DNA of 64,000 nt from assembly GCA_963849325.1 (NCBI GenBank), contig CAWKHF010000010.1, forward strand, positions 32,001-96,000, given 5' to 3'. The DNA comes from an uncultured Planctomycetota bacterium. Its GTDB lineage: Bacteria > Planctomycetota > Planctomycetia > Gemmatales > Gemmataceae. Both the position numbers and the translations under genes were made by a program. Shown piece by piece: positions 50,310 through 61,451 of this stretch (the stretch's first letter is position 1; each line of letters begins with the position of its first letter). The notes beneath the pieces are model-generated. The model was not told where the DNA came from and ran no database searches. It saw nothing but the letters and a program-made list of their open reading frames with translations.

Positions 50310-51081
50310 TCATCGCGGCGCACGGACGAGGAGCGGCAGCAGGTAGCCGCGCACGAACCCATCCTGCAACGTGCCATAGTGGGAGCCGCGATTGCCGCTC
50401 CATGCGACGCACGGCTCCCACGGGTGATGGCGCAGCTTGGCGTAGAGAAACTCGTCGCCGGGACAGGTCAGAAGCGGAGTGAAGCCCACCCGCCCGGCCG
50501 CGGCGGACCAGCGGTTATCGGCCGTGCCGATGATACTCGTGCCGAGGCCCAAGGCCCCCACGTCGCGCCGACTGGCGAACACGTCGATGCCCTGCCGGCT
50601 CGCGCAGGGCGGGCCGCAGATCGTAATGCCTCGACACCGCCGGGGCCAGCAAGACGATGCGTTCGATTGATCCAGGCGGCAACGTCTCGGCGGCGGCGAG
50701 GACGACGGCCGAGCCGCTGCTGTGTCCGACCAGGTAGATGGCGTGTTCCGGACAGCCCGGATACGAAGCGGCGATCCGCGCCGCGAGTCGGCGGCCCTGT
50801 TCGACGTGGTTGCAATGGTCCACGTGATCGGTCAGTAGGCGGCGGTAGCCATGCGACCAGACGAACGTTTCGATGCGCAGCGGTACGGCCTGCTCATGGA
50901 TCGCTTGGCACAGGGCGATCGAGGTGGTGCGATAGTCGCCGGAGCCGTCGGCGACGAAGACGACGTCGGACTCCGGCGCCAGGCTGCCGCACACCACCGG
51001 CCGCGGCCGAGGGCCGGCGCATCCGGCCGCGAGAGCGAGGACGCCCAGCACAAGCAGTCGTGGCAGGCAGGACGTCGGCAC
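50310..51081 (-). CDS. Alpha/beta hydrolase lipoprotein (frameshifted)
   Basis: Lipobox AAGC, LVGHSSGS, VLLAPAVS, GSHYG. Confidence 0.8.
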
Positions 51082-51265
51082 GATAGCATCCTCGCCAGGG
51101 AGGCGATGGGAAAGGCAACGCTCTATTGTAAGTGGCCCGCGCACGGCGAGAAGAGTCAGGTGGGCAAGGGGGACGGGCGAAACGGCGCGACGTGGCCGCA
51201 TGTCCGGCAGAGGCGGCAAGGTTTGCGGAGACTCGCCGAACGGGCCAAACGCTTTCGCCGGCGGT

Positions 51266-52064
51266 TCAACTGCTGGCGCTGCGATACGACTGCAAGGCGC
51301 GACGGAAAAAACGCCGACTCACCATCAGCATCCCCATCGCCGCGAAGATCGTCCAGGCGATGAAGCGCGGGTCGAGCGCCTTGATCATCGTATCGGCCGG
51401 GACGTTGACCACCACGAGAACGGGAATGATGAAGGTAAAGAACCAACCGAACGGCCGCGCCCACGGGCCGTCGTAGATGGCCCGGGGGTAGCGCATCAGG
51501 GTCGTGAACAGCCACCACATTTCCATCAGGCTCTGGTTGCGCACGAACCACACCGCCGTACACGTCAGCATCAACAGGAAGCTGTACGCCAGGGCACAGC
51601 CGCAAATCAGCAACACCAGGAACAAGGTGAGACGAAGGGGGTCGAAAGTCCAGTGCGTGACGACCAGCGCGGCGATCATGATGCCGATTCCCTGCACGAT
51701 GTTCGGCAGGGTGGACCAATCCACCCAGCGGCAACTGATGAGGAACTGTTCGTCAATTGGCTTAAGCAGGTACAGATCGAGATTGCCCGAGCGCACCAAC
51801 TCCGCGAACTCGATACAGTTGGACAGGAAGAACGTCTCGACGATGCCGGCCAGCGTGTAGTGACAGCCGATGAAGAAGAAGTATTCCGCGGCCCCAACCG
51901 GCGATGCTCGACGTGTTCTCGAACAACTTCCAGTAGAAAACCAGAAGAATGCCCAGCCAGAGCACCTCGACGAACAGCTTGACGAGGAAGTTGGCGCGGA
52001 AGGCCATTTCGGTCGCCAGGCCGAAGCGCGTGAAGGCGGCGAACAGGCGGAAGTAGCGCGACAT
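51266..52064 (-). CDS. ABC-2 family permease (DUF990 type; frameshifted)
   Basis: FRANF, VRSGNLDLYLLKP and RYP motifs, multi-TM. Confidence 0.88.
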
Positions 52065-52069
52065 GCCCT

Positions 52070-52888
52070 CTAGCCTCCATAAGCGCTGTAACGGCGTAAC
52101 CCGCGTGCGAGCAGTCCGCGCGACAGGGCGATGAGGACTACGGCCCAGGCCAGCTCCAGCAGTAAACCCTCGACCAGGGCCGGGCCTTGCACTTCGCGGA
52201 GGAAGACGACGGCGGGGAAGTACGCCAGGTACTGGAAGGGCAGGAATTTGAGCACGGTGTCCCAGGGTGGGCCGAGCAGATCGAGCGGGAACATCTGGCC
52301 GGAGACGAAGTAATTCATCGTGTTGACCACCCACAATAGCAACGTCACTTCGAGGAACCAGAAGCCGGCCATGCCCATCGACGCCTCGAAAAAGAAGCCA
52401 ATGACGAAGGCCAGCAGCAGCGCGGCCACGTAGGCCAGCAGGGTCAGCGCATCGGGCCAAAGGCCGACGAAGTAGCCGGAACAGAGGAGGAACAGGCCGG
52501 CGTAAGGCCCGGCCGAGGTCGTAATGTAGGCGACCTTGTGAGCGGCCCGGTACGACAGCAGATAGCCGATCATGTCCAGCGGTTGGAGGAGGTATTTCTT
52601 CAGCGTGCCCTCGCGGATGTCGCGGGCAATCGCCGCCGACAGGCCGGGCATGCTGGAGAACATGCGGCTAATGTGGATGAGCAGCAAGTAGGCGATCATT
52701 TTGTGCTCGCTGAAGCCGGCGATGCGCCGCTGCGGAGTACCGGCATAGACCGCCTTCCACAACAGGATGGTCGTGATGACCGGGAAGAAGCGAAGGACGG
52801 TGCCCAGCAGGAAATCGCCGCGATAGGCCATGCGCTCGATGAGCGAGACGCGAAAAATGTTGACGTACTTACGAACGGCCAGCCCCAC
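52070..52888 (-). CDS. ABC-2 family permease (DUF990 type)
   Basis: AYRGDF, IREGTLKKYLLQP, SGQMFPL and GLRRYSAYGG motifs. Confidence 0.9.
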   Translation of the reverse strand: MGLAVRKYVNIFRVSLIERMAYRGDFLLGTVLRFFPVITTILLWKAVYAGTPQRRIAGFSEHKMIAYLLLIHISRMFSSMPGLSAAIARDIREGTLKKYLLQPLDMIGYLLSYRAAHKVAYITTSAGPYAGLFLLCSGYFVGLWPDALTLLAYVAALLLAFVIGFFFEASMGMAGFWFLEVTLLLWVVNTMNYFVSGQMFPLDLLGPPWDTVLKFLPFQYLAYFPAVVFLREVQGPALVEGLLLELAWAVVLIALSRGLLARGLRRYSAYGG

Positions 52889-53204
52889 ACGTGGTCCCTC
52901 CCTCTTTCCTCCCGCTACCTCCGCTACTTGCAGCCTGTCCAGCACGCTTTTCTCTCCTCCCCGAGGATTCTTGTTCGAGGCAGCGCCTCTCTTGCAGACC
53001 ATTCCGTCTTGTTAACCGTACCTGTCCCAACCGCCTCTTCGCGGTAATCGTCAGGATCGACAAACGCCACCCGAATCGAGGAGGAATCGCTCGTTGTCGA
53101 GCGGCGTTTTTCGGAGAGGGGCGCCGGCCCTGCAAGTTCATCGGACACGAAGGTGGCGCCCAGGGCGGTCGCCTCCGTTCCGTGACCCGAGAAGGAGGTT
53201 TGCT

Positions 53205-53444
53205 ATGCGTCTCCGCTTTGCCGCCTTACTGCTTGGCCTGGCTACCCTCGCCCCTTTGGGCTGCAAATGCTGCCGTCCTTGCGACAGCGTGCCCCCGCCG
53301 CCGCCGCCCTGTCCCCTCCAGGCGAGTCCACCACCCCTGGCTTCGCCCATCGGGATGCTGCCGACGACCGACCCCGACCGTCCGCAGGCTGAACCGCCTT
53401 TGAATTCGGCCAGGCCGACGAGCCTGACGTCGTGGACCCGATAA
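53205..53444 (+). CDS. Small Cys/Pro-rich lipoprotein
   Basis: AAGGAGG RBS, signal peptide ending PLGC, then KCCRPC and poly-Pro. Confidence 0.55.
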   Translation: MRLRFAALLLGLATLAPLGCKCCRPCDSVPPPPPPCPLQASPPPLASPIGMLPTTDPDRPQAEPPLNSARPTSLTSWTR

Positions 53445-53510
53445 CGTCCGGCCGGAACAATGAGCCGATGGTCGCGGAAGGTTGCGCCGGCCGTGTCCAT
53501 CGGCCTCTCA

Positions 53511-54875
53511 TCATTGCTTGTGCAGGTCGAGGCACTTCCGTTGGCGCTCGTCGCGGAGAAACAGCCGGCCCTCGGCCAGCACCGGCATGGTCCAGCAGCG
53601 TTTGCGAAACGGTCGCGCCGACGCCTCTTCCTGATACTCCTGGGGAGTCGCCCGAACGAGGAGAAGGCGGCCGTTCTCGCCGAGCACGACCAGATGATCG
53701 TCCGCGCGGAGCAGCGACCCCTTGTTGACGCCGGCATGCGACCACGCCACCTGGCCGGTGCGGAGGTTCAGGCAAATCAAGCGCGAATCGTCGATGCCGT
53801 ACAGGTATTCGCCGCGACGGACGGGGCTGGCGAAATGGCTGTTCATCTGTTGTCCCTGGTAGACCTGCTTCGCCTCGAAGCCGCCGGCGCCGGTCGCCGC
53901 GATTTTCAGCAGGGCACAGCCCTTGCCGTAGCCCGAAGAGATGAAGACGTAGTCGAGGATTTGGCCGTCCTTGCGCGCCTGGAAGACGACGGGAGTGGCG
54001 GCATTAACGTCATAGCTCGTCGCCCACGGGAAGCGCCAGCACAGCCGGCCGTCCCGCGCCGCCACGCCGACCACGCTCTCGCCCAGGAAGAAGACGATTT
54101 GCCGCGTACCGCCGATGGTGACGGCCAGCGGCGAACTGTAGCCGGCCGGCTCGTCGAGCGCCTTCCAGGCCAGTTCGCCGCTGAGTTTGTCGAAAGCGGC
54201 GATCGAGTTGCCGCCACTGCCTCCGGGACTGGTGAACACCCGCTCGCCGTCGATCAGCGGCGAAAAGGCGATGCCCCACTTGGGTGCGGTGGCGTGAAAT
54301 TCGGCGAGCAGATCGTGCTTCCAGTGCGGCACGCCGCTGGTCGCGTCCAGGCAAAGGAACGTGCCGCCGCTGCCCACGGTATAGAGCCGATCGCCGTCGA
54401 GCGCCGGTGTGGAGCGCGGTCCCGGATAGTCGGCCGCCGTGTAGGGACAGTCGTAGGCGTGCCGCCACACCTCCTTGCCGTCCTCGACGCGCCAGCACGC
54501 CACGACTTCTTGCGTCCCCTCTTGGAACAGCGAGTAGAGCCGGCCGTCCTTGACGGCGAAGGAGGAATAACCGAGGCCGATGCGATTCTGCCACCGAAGC
54601 GGCGGTCCCTCTTCGGGCCAATCCGTCAGCAGGTCGGCGGAGTGGACAACGCCGTCGCGGTGTGGCCCGCGCCACTGCGGCCAACCCGCCGACGCGGGCG
54701 CCGACTCCTCCTCAATGAAGACGGCGCCCGCCAGTTCGGCGCTCAGATCGGCATTGACGTCCATGCGGATCGCGTAAGTGCGGTAAGCCTGGTACGCCGT
54801 CTGCACCACGAACAGGCCGAACAGAACGGCGCTGGCCCCCAGGACCACGGAACCGTTGCCGCGCCGGCCCTCCAT
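53511..54875 (-). CDS. PQQ-like beta-propeller repeat protein
   Basis: N-terminal TM, GWPQWRGP, GPRSTP, GYSSP and CWTMP motifs. Confidence 0.9.
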   Translation of the reverse strand: MEGRRGNGSVVLGASAVLFGLFVVQTAYQAYRTYAIRMDVNADLSAELAGAVFIEEESAPASAGWPQWRGPHRDGVVHSADLLTDWPEEGPPLRWQNRIGLGYSSFAVKDGRLYSLFQEGTQEVVACWRVEDGKEVWRHAYDCPYTAADYPGPRSTPALDGDRLYTVGSGGTFLCLDATSGVPHWKHDLLAEFHATAPKWGIAFSPLIDGERVFTSPGGSGGNSIAAFDKLSGELAWKALDEPAGYSSPLAVTIGGTRQIVFFLGESVVGVAARDGRLCWRFPWATSYDVNAATPVVFQARKDGQILDYVFISSGYGKGCALLKIAATGAGGFEAKQVYQGQQMNSHFASPVRRGEYLYGIDDSRLICLNLRTGQVAWSHAGVNKGSLLRADDHLVVLGENGRLLLVRATPQEYQEEASARPFRKRCWTMPVLAEGRLFLRDERQRKCLDLHKQ

Positions 54876-54982
54876 GTGAACACTCCTTCTCCCTGGTAGT
54901 CAACTAAGTATCGATCTGGGTTCGGGCGATAGCCGCGAGAAGAGCCTGTAACGTAATGGGGTATTTTTACGGCAATAAGAAG

Positions 54983-55054
54983 AGCCGACGGTGAGATTTG
55001 AACTCACGACCCATGCTTTACGAAAGCATTGCTCTACCACTGAGCTACGTCGGC
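54983..55054 (-). tRNA. tRNA-Thr(CGT), CCA not encoded
   Basis: gccgacg acceptor stem, D loop agtggta, anticodon arm atgct-ttCGTaa-agcat, T loop ttcaaat. Confidence 0.96.
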
Positions 55055-55197
55055 ATTAGTTTGTAGTCTTCATATCCTATTGAAACCACCATGAAGTGCA
55101 ACAGCAATTAGACACACCCGCGTAGGGCGAAATGAACCGGTGTTGGCCAATCCGAAGGCTCCCCAAGGCCGCCACTCGCTTGGCCCTCATTCCTTCG

Positions 55198-56439
55198 TTA
55201 CGGCGTTTCCCGGATTTCCGCGATGAATTGCTCGTGGACGTGTTCGCAAGCGGCCCGGATGACTCGATCGCTGAAACCCTTGTTGCTCAGCGCCTTGCGC
55301 ACCTCCTCCTCGATGCGGTCGGCGCCACGGTCGGCCAGGACGCTGAGGACAGCGACCGTCTCCTTGCCTTGGACGTTGTTGGCGCGGACCTGCAAGTCCC
55401 TGTGTCTTCGCACCAGTTTTTCATAGCGGGCCATCAGCCAACTTCTCTGGCCCTCCCATTCGAGGCTGCCTCCCCGCTCGGTCAACAACTGGTGCAGCGC
55501 GGCGACGAAACGCTCGCGGCCGGCATCGTCGGCCGGCGCCGGCGTCTGGCTTTTCGGAGAAGGCGCGGACGTATTCTCGGTGTCCGGCAAGTTCGGGGCC
55601 GGCAGCGCGGCCAGGTGGCGATGCAGGGCCAGCGTGGACCACAGGTTGACGGCGAGCAGTCCGGTGAGCAGCAGCAGCAGAAAGACCAGGGCGACTGGCC
55701 AACCGCGCGAGACGTGAGCCGGTCGGATCGCCGGGGTTTCGGTCGATGGGCGATCGAGCTTGAGGGCGACGCCGGCCAGATGCGGCGTCCAGGCGATGAG
55801 CGGGCCACGCTGGGCGTAGGTGGATAGCGGGAAATCGGGGCCGACCAGCGGCAGCCACTGCCAGGACGTGCCGGCGCCCTGTTCGAGCAGACGCAGTCGA
55901 TGGTCCGGGTCGGCCGGCGTGCTGGCGGCGAACAGCAGCGCCCCTTCCTGCCAGAGGCGGATTGGCAGCACGGGGAGCGGGTCGGCGTGCGGCGGCGGGA
56001 GTTCGACGCCGGCTACGACCTCCGCCAACGAAAAGCGTCCGCCCAACGGGTGCAGGTCGTCGGCGCCGGCCCGGCGCTGCCGCAGCCAGTGGTAAACCGC
56101 CAGGGCGGAGTCCACGTCCAGGTCGGCCGGGGCCACGACGCCGACCAGTTCGAGGCCGCCGCGCCTCTGACTGGGTGTGTGGTCGGCCAGGCCGTAACGC
56201 GCTACCGCGATGAGACGCCGGCCATCGGCCAAGAGCACGGAGCAGAACAGGTCGGTTGGCGGCCAGTGGTCGGAGTACGGTGCCGCCTGAAGTCGGCGGG
56301 CCAACGCTTCCACCTCGGCGCACCACGGCTCGGCGCGGGGCGGCGCCAGCAGGCGGTAGCCCAGGCTGCGCAGCGATACGCCTTCGAGGTCTTCGCCATA
56401 AGCGAAGCCGGACAGATCGTCCGGTGCAGGGTCGGACAT
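55198..56439 (-). CDS. Hypothetical single-pass membrane protein
   Basis: 413-aa ORF: globular N-terminal part, TM segment (VALVFLLLLLTGLLAV), Pro-rich linker and helical C-terminus. Confidence 0.75.
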   Translation of the reverse strand: MSDPAPDDLSGFAYGEDLEGVSLRSLGYRLLAPPRAEPWCAEVEALARRLQAAPYSDHWPPTDLFCSVLLADGRRLIAVARYGLADHTPSQRRGGLELVGVVAPADLDVDSALAVYHWLRQRRAGADDLHPLGGRFSLAEVVAGVELPPPHADPLPVLPIRLWQEGALLFAASTPADPDHRLRLLEQGAGTSWQWLPLVGPDFPLSTYAQRGPLIAWTPHLAGVALKLDRPSTETPAIRPAHVSRGWPVALVFLLLLLTGLLAVNLWSTLALHRHLAALPAPNLPDTENTSAPSPKSQTPAPADDAGRERFVAALHQLLTERGGSLEWEGQRSWLMARYEKLVRRHRDLQVRANNVQGKETVAVLSVLADRGADRIEEEVRKALSNKGFSDRVIRAACEHVHEQFIAEIRETP

Positions 56440-56489
56440 GGTGCCGTCCTCTCTCGCTGGGGTTTCGTGGTGCGCGAGGACCACCGCGC

Positions 56490-58232
56490 TTACTCCGCCA
56501 GTTCATTGGTCACGAGCAGGATTTCGCGGCCGTTGTAGAGATCGCGGTGCCGGGCGACCAATCGATACGACGGCGGCGCGAATGCCCGGAGCTGGTCCCA
56601 GCCCTCCTGGGAGACGAACAGGTACACCGGCAGGGGCGTGCGCAGAAGTTCGCAGGCATAGAGGAGGTTCTGCGGGCAGGACACCTCACGCTGGCAATAA
56701 AAGACCAGGCTGGGCTGAAAATAGTCGAACGCCCCCACTCGCAGCTCGCGGCGGTTGTGGTCCTCGGGCAGAGACTGGACCAGCGCTCGCGGCGCCTTGA
56801 AACGGTCCACGGCGTCGGCGCCCCAAAGGGCGATCCCGGCGGTGAAGACGAGGCCCGTCGCCGTCACGCAGCCGATCAGGCCGCCGCGCCGGCCGCGACG
56901 CAGGCACCATCCGGCGGCGACAGCCCCTGCCAGGAACACACCCCCCAGCCAAGCTCCTCTCTCTAACCCCGGAAAAGAGCGGCCATGCAGAGACGATACG
57001 GGGACCGTACCGCCCGCGATCAGCAGGCCCATGCTCACGCCGACGCCGATCAGCGCCAGGCAGGTCAGGCTCGTCGGCATCACCCAGGCCGGCAGCGTGA
57101 CCCGGCCGCGCCGCCAGTCGTCGAGGAAGGACGCCATCAGCAGGGCCACGGCTGGATACGCCGGCAGGATGTAATTGGGCAGCTTCGTCCGCACCACGGT
57201 GAAGAAGACAAACCAGACCGCCAGCCAGCACAGCAGGAACTGCGCCGCGGCCCGCGAATCCCCAGTGGGACAGGGGTCTCGCCTGTCTCCAGCCTGGACA
57301 GGCGTGACGCCTGTCCCACCGCGCAGCCGTTTCCAGAAGTGCCAGCCGGTCGAGCCGAGGAACACCGACCACGGCGTCAGCCCGGCGAAAAGGACGAGGA
57401 CGTAATAGTAGAACGGCCCACGGTGGTTCTCCATCGCGTGGAGGCCGCGCTCGACGTTGTGCTTCCAGAAGAAGCCGTCGAGCCATTCGCCCTTCGTCTC
57501 CACCCCGACCCAGACGTACCAGGGCGCCGCGACGAGAAGGAACAGGGCGGAAGCTCCCAACACGCGCAGGTCTCCCAGCCGCCGCAGTTCGCGGCGTCCC
57601 AGCAGGAACAGTATCGCCGTCGCCAGCGGCAAGAGGAGTGCGACCGGCCCCTTGGCCAACATGCCCAGGCCGGAGGCGACGCCGGACCCCAGCAGCCACC
57701 AGCCGTCCTCGCGCCGGTAGTGGTTCCAGAAGCACCACAGCGTTAGCACGGTACACAGGTTGAGGAAGGCGTCGGGGTTGGCGAAATGGGCGGCGGCGCC
57801 GAACGCGACCGCGCCGACCAGCACCAGTCCCGCCAGCAGGGCCGTGGACTGGTCGAACAGACGTCGGCCCAGCTCGTAGGTAACGAGGACGGCCAGCAGG
57901 GCGGCCAGCGCCGACGGCAGGCGGGCGGCGAACTCGGTGACGCCGCAAACGTGGTAGGCCGACGCTTGCAGCCAGTACAGCAAGACCGGCTTGTCCACGC
58001 GCAGTTTGTAGTTGAACGTCGGCACGATGAAGTTGCCGGACTCGTACATCTCTCGAGCGCACTGGGCGTTGTTGCCCTCATCGATGTCCCACAGGCTGGG
58101 ACCGCCGAGGTTGGGCAGGCACAGTGCGGCCCACACCAGGGCCAGCAGGGTGTAGTGCCCCCCTCGACCTCGAATGACAAGCTGACAAGCTGACAAGATG
58201 ACAACCCTCTGCCAGGGTGAGAAGTTCTCCAC
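56490..58232 (-). CDS. ArnT/GT39 (PMT_2)-family membrane glycosyltransferase
   Basis: LWDIDEG, DKPVLLYW, AARLPS, LAKGP and TKLPNYILP motifs. Confidence 0.92.
   Translation of the reverse strand: MENFSPWQRVVILSACQLVIRGRGGHYTLLALVWAALCLPNLGGPSLWDIDEGNNAQCAREMYESGNFIVPTFNYKLRVDKPVLLYWLQASAYHVCGVTEFAARLPSALAALLAVLVTYELGRRLFDQSTALLAGLVLVGAVAFGAAAHFANPDAFLNLCTVLTLWCFWNHYRREDGWWLLGSGVASGLGMLAKGPVALLLPLATAILFLLGRRELRRLGDLRVLGASALFLLVAAPWYVWVGVETKGEWLDGFFWKHNVERGLHAMENHRGPFYYYVLVLFAGLTPWSVFLGSTGWHFWKRLRGGTGVTPVQAGDRRDPCPTGDSRAAAQFLLCWLAVWFVFFTVVRTKLPNYILPAYPAVALLMASFLDDWRRGRVTLPAWVMPTSLTCLALIGVGVSMGLLIAGGTVPVSSLHGRSFPGLERGAWLGGVFLAGAVAAGWCLRRGRRGGLIGCVTATGLVFTAGIALWGADAVDRFKAPRALVQSLPEDHNRRELRVGAFDYFQPSLVFYCQREVSCPQNLLYACELLRTPLPVYLFVSQEGWDQLRAFAPPSYRLVARHRDLYNGREILLVTNELAE
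57265..57319. repeat. REP-like palindromic doublet inside the glycosyltransferase ORF
   Basis: gtgggacaggggtctcgcctgtc ... gacaggcgtgacgcctgtcccac. An intergenic arm copy lies at 22642-22660. Confidence 0.8.
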
Positions 58233-58413
58233 CCCAGGCGATAACGCGCCAACCGCGTAATTGTCAAGCTCTTCGTCACCTTGTCCGCATGGCGCGGAGG
58301 CGCGGCTCCTCTTGCTTTTTCCGATTCCATGTGGGCATTATCCGCGGCGCCCTATCGGCTGTCGAACCGGAATCCCGGCGGCAGTCCTCTCCGGCCGAGG
58401 GAGGTCCACAGCG

Positions 58414-59061
58414 ATGTCGAAAGGAGTCGAGCAGAAGACGGTCCTGTACCTGATCCGTCACGGCGCGACCGAGGCCAACCTGGCTCGTCCGGCCCGCTTG
58501 CAGGGGCGGCGCCACAATCCGCCGCTGGCCCGCCTCGGCGTGCGCCAGGCCGAGGCGACGCGCGACTTCCTCGCCATCCGCCCCATCGATCACTGTTATT
58601 CCAGTCCGCTGTTGCGGGCCGTGCAGACCGCCGCCATCGTCGCCGCGCCGCACGGTCTGTCGCCGCAGCCGCTCGACGCATTGACCGAGTGCGACGTCGG
58701 CCGCTGGGAGGGGCTGGACTGGCAGACCATCCACGCCCTCGACGCCGACGGTTTCCAGCGCTTCCACGCCAACCCGGCGGAGTTCGGCTACCCCGGCGGC
58801 GAATCGTTCCGCGACGTGTACCAGCGCGTGACGCCGGTCCTCGACGAACTGCTGAGCGTGCATGACGGCCAGTCGGTCCTCGTCGTCGCCCATCACATCG
58901 TCAACCGCACGTATCTTGCCGGGCTTCTCGGCCTGACTCCCGACCAGGCGCGGCAGGTGACGCTGGACAACTGCGGCATCTCGGTCATCGTCCGCGACGG
59001 CGCCCAAACGATGGTCAACACGCTCAACGCCGCCTTCCATCTCCAGGGTGTCGCCGCCTGA
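58414..59061 (+). CDS. Histidine phosphatase (phosphoglycerate mutase family)
   Basis: LIRHG, SSPLLRAVQTA, GGES and VVAH motifs. Confidence 0.93.
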   Translation: MSKGVEQKTVLYLIRHGATEANLARPARLQGRRHNPPLARLGVRQAEATRDFLAIRPIDHCYSSPLLRAVQTAAIVAAPHGLSPQPLDALTECDVGRWEGLDWQTIHALDADGFQRFHANPAEFGYPGGESFRDVYQRVTPVLDELLSVHDGQSVLVVAHHIVNRTYLAGLLGLTPDQARQVTLDNCGISVIVRDGAQTMVNTLNAAFHLQGVAA

Positions 59062-59072
59062 CGGTGAAGGGT

Positions 59073-61451
59073 TCACCTCTGCGGTACGATCTCCAGTTTC
59101 GTCTCGGCGACGCCGGACCCGCCGCGTCGTCCAGCGTCGCCCGCAGCACCACCGGCATGTTGAACGGTCCCAGCGCGGCGGAGGCGAAACGCAAGGTGAA
59201 CGTCCGCCCGCGACTTGCTCGGCCGGGATGACGACCGGCTCGGCGTGGAGGCCGCGCACGTGTTCGGGCCGGATCAGTTCGAGCTTGACCGGGCCGGCCA
59301 GACCCTTGCCGCGACGTGACCCGCACGTGTCACCGTCGTCTGCCCGCCAGGCACGGCGGCGACCGATTGCCGGTCGATCTCGATGCCGAGCCGGCCGGTC
59401 TCCACCACGGCGATGACCTGATCGTTCTGTCCCTCCGAGCTGTAGCCGACGGTGTACTCGGCTCCCGCCTTCGCGGACGACGCCGACGGCCATGATGCAG
59501 GCGCGCGAGGTGCGGCCGGTCTCCATCCACGGCGGCAGACGCACGGCGTACTCGAACTCACTCGACGTCCGGCGGGACCGTGAGGGTCGGCCCCGTGACG
59601 CCTTGCAGGTGACGCATCTGGTGATCGGCCAGGCTCACTTCCAGAGGGCCGGTGAAGCCGTTGCGCTCGATCTTGTAGCGGCGGCGGAACACGCTGCCGC
59701 GCGGCGCCAGGCGCAGATCGTAGGCGCCGACGATCTTGAACGGCGGCTTCAGGGCCACCGCCAGCAGCACGGAATCGATCGGTCGTCTCGCCCTGCGCCA
59801 CCGGCAGTGTCGCCGTCCGAGTCACCGTCTGTCCGTCGACCGACGCGCTGCCGTGGATGGTCAAATGGGCCGTGCCGATGGCGGCGAACGCCGTGGTCGT
59901 CAGCGTGATGTCCGCCGCGTTCTGTCCGGCCGCGATGATGGCGTTCGAGGCCGTGACGCCCGCCGGCAGTCCGGCGACGCGAAGCGCGATCGGCCCGGCG
60001 AAGCCGCCCTGTCTCTCGGCGACGACGTGCAGCCGCGCCTGCCCGCCGCGCGGCAGCGTCACGACGTCCGCCGACGCCCCGCGTTGCCGGCCGTTGCCCG
60101 CCAGATGCAGTTGAAAACCCGGCACGGCCGGCCCCAGACGCAGGCGGTAGGCATACTCCGGCCCGCCGCGCGTTCGGAAGCGATCGGCGACGCGGACGAG
60201 ATACGTCCCATCGGCCGGCGGCGTGAACGTCAGCATCGGGATCGAGCGTGCCCGTCGCCGCCTCGGCGCGAGCCAGCTCCTTGCCGGCGGCATCGCTCAC
60301 CGTCAGCACGCCTTGCAGCGGCGAACCGAGTTGACGCGCCCGCAACTCCAGCGTCACCGCTTCTCCCTTGCGTGCCGGGAAGCTCCAGGTATCCACATCG
60401 CCCGGCCGGTCGATGCGGCCGTTCACCACGCACGGCAACTTCACCGGTTTCGCCTGCGCCGCCTCGTCGTTCGGCTCGGCCTCCTGATGCTCGGGCGAGA
60501 TCATCGAGATCGAGCAACGACCGGGTTCGTCTCCTTGCCTGCAGAGGAGGAAACGATGCCGATAGTCGCCGGGCGCATCGGCGGGCAGGTCCAGTTCCAC
60601 GCCCTCGGCCGGTACGCCCTGCCCATGCAAGGGAAAAGTGCACCTTGCTGCCGCGCCGGCCGCCGAGGGGATAGACGCGATCGACGAACGGATCGGCGGT
60701 CAGCGTCAGGCGATAGACGTAGGCCGGGCCGCCCTGGAAGTTCGACGTCGTGGATGCGGACCTGATAGTCGCCGTCTTCCGGGGCGGTGAAGCGCAGACG
60801 CGAATCGGCGCCGTCGGCGTCGTCATTCTCGGCGATCTTGCGGCCGTGCGGGTCGAACACTTCCAGGTGCGAATCGAGCGGCGAGCCGAGGCGGGCGGCG
60901 TGGACCTCGGCGGTGATACGTCTGGCCCTTGCGCGCGGCGAACGTCCAGACGTCCACGTCCTCGCGCGGGAAGATGCGGCCGTTGATCGTCACCGGCAGC
61001 GTCACGTCCACCGGGATCGGATCGCCGTCGATCTCGTCCTCGACGATTTCGGGCAGATCGCCGACGACGAACGCAGTCCGCCAGCGGCGCCCTCGGCGGT
61101 CCACAGCCGGCCGCGGCGCACGCCCGAGCGGGGCATCGGCGGCGATGCGAACTTCGCCGGCCATGTCGCGCGGATAATCTTCCGCCTGCTGCGAATCCGG
61201 CAGCGGCAGCAGCGGCCCCTCGAACCACACGCGTTGGCGTGCTCCGCAGTTGCTTGCTCGCCTCGACGCCCGGCCCGAGCAGCTCGAAGGAGCAGTTCTT
61301 GTACAGGTACAGGCCGCCGACGCGCACCTTCACCGTCGTGCCGCGCTGGCCGCCCGCCGGGAAGATGTACGACGCCACCGGCGGGTTCGGCGAAGAGAGA
61401 TTCACCACAGAGGACACAGAGAACACAGAGAAAGACAGAAGAACGATTCAA
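59073..61451 (-). CDS. Secreted PPC (pre-peptidase C-terminal) repeat protein (frameshifted; start approximate)
   Basis: [33 protein letters not shown] and YRLRL motifs. Confidence 0.85.

Noticed and set aside
54983-55054. tRNA-Thr as an integration site
   Set aside because: I saw no duplicated tRNA 3' end and no adjacent integrase in the window.
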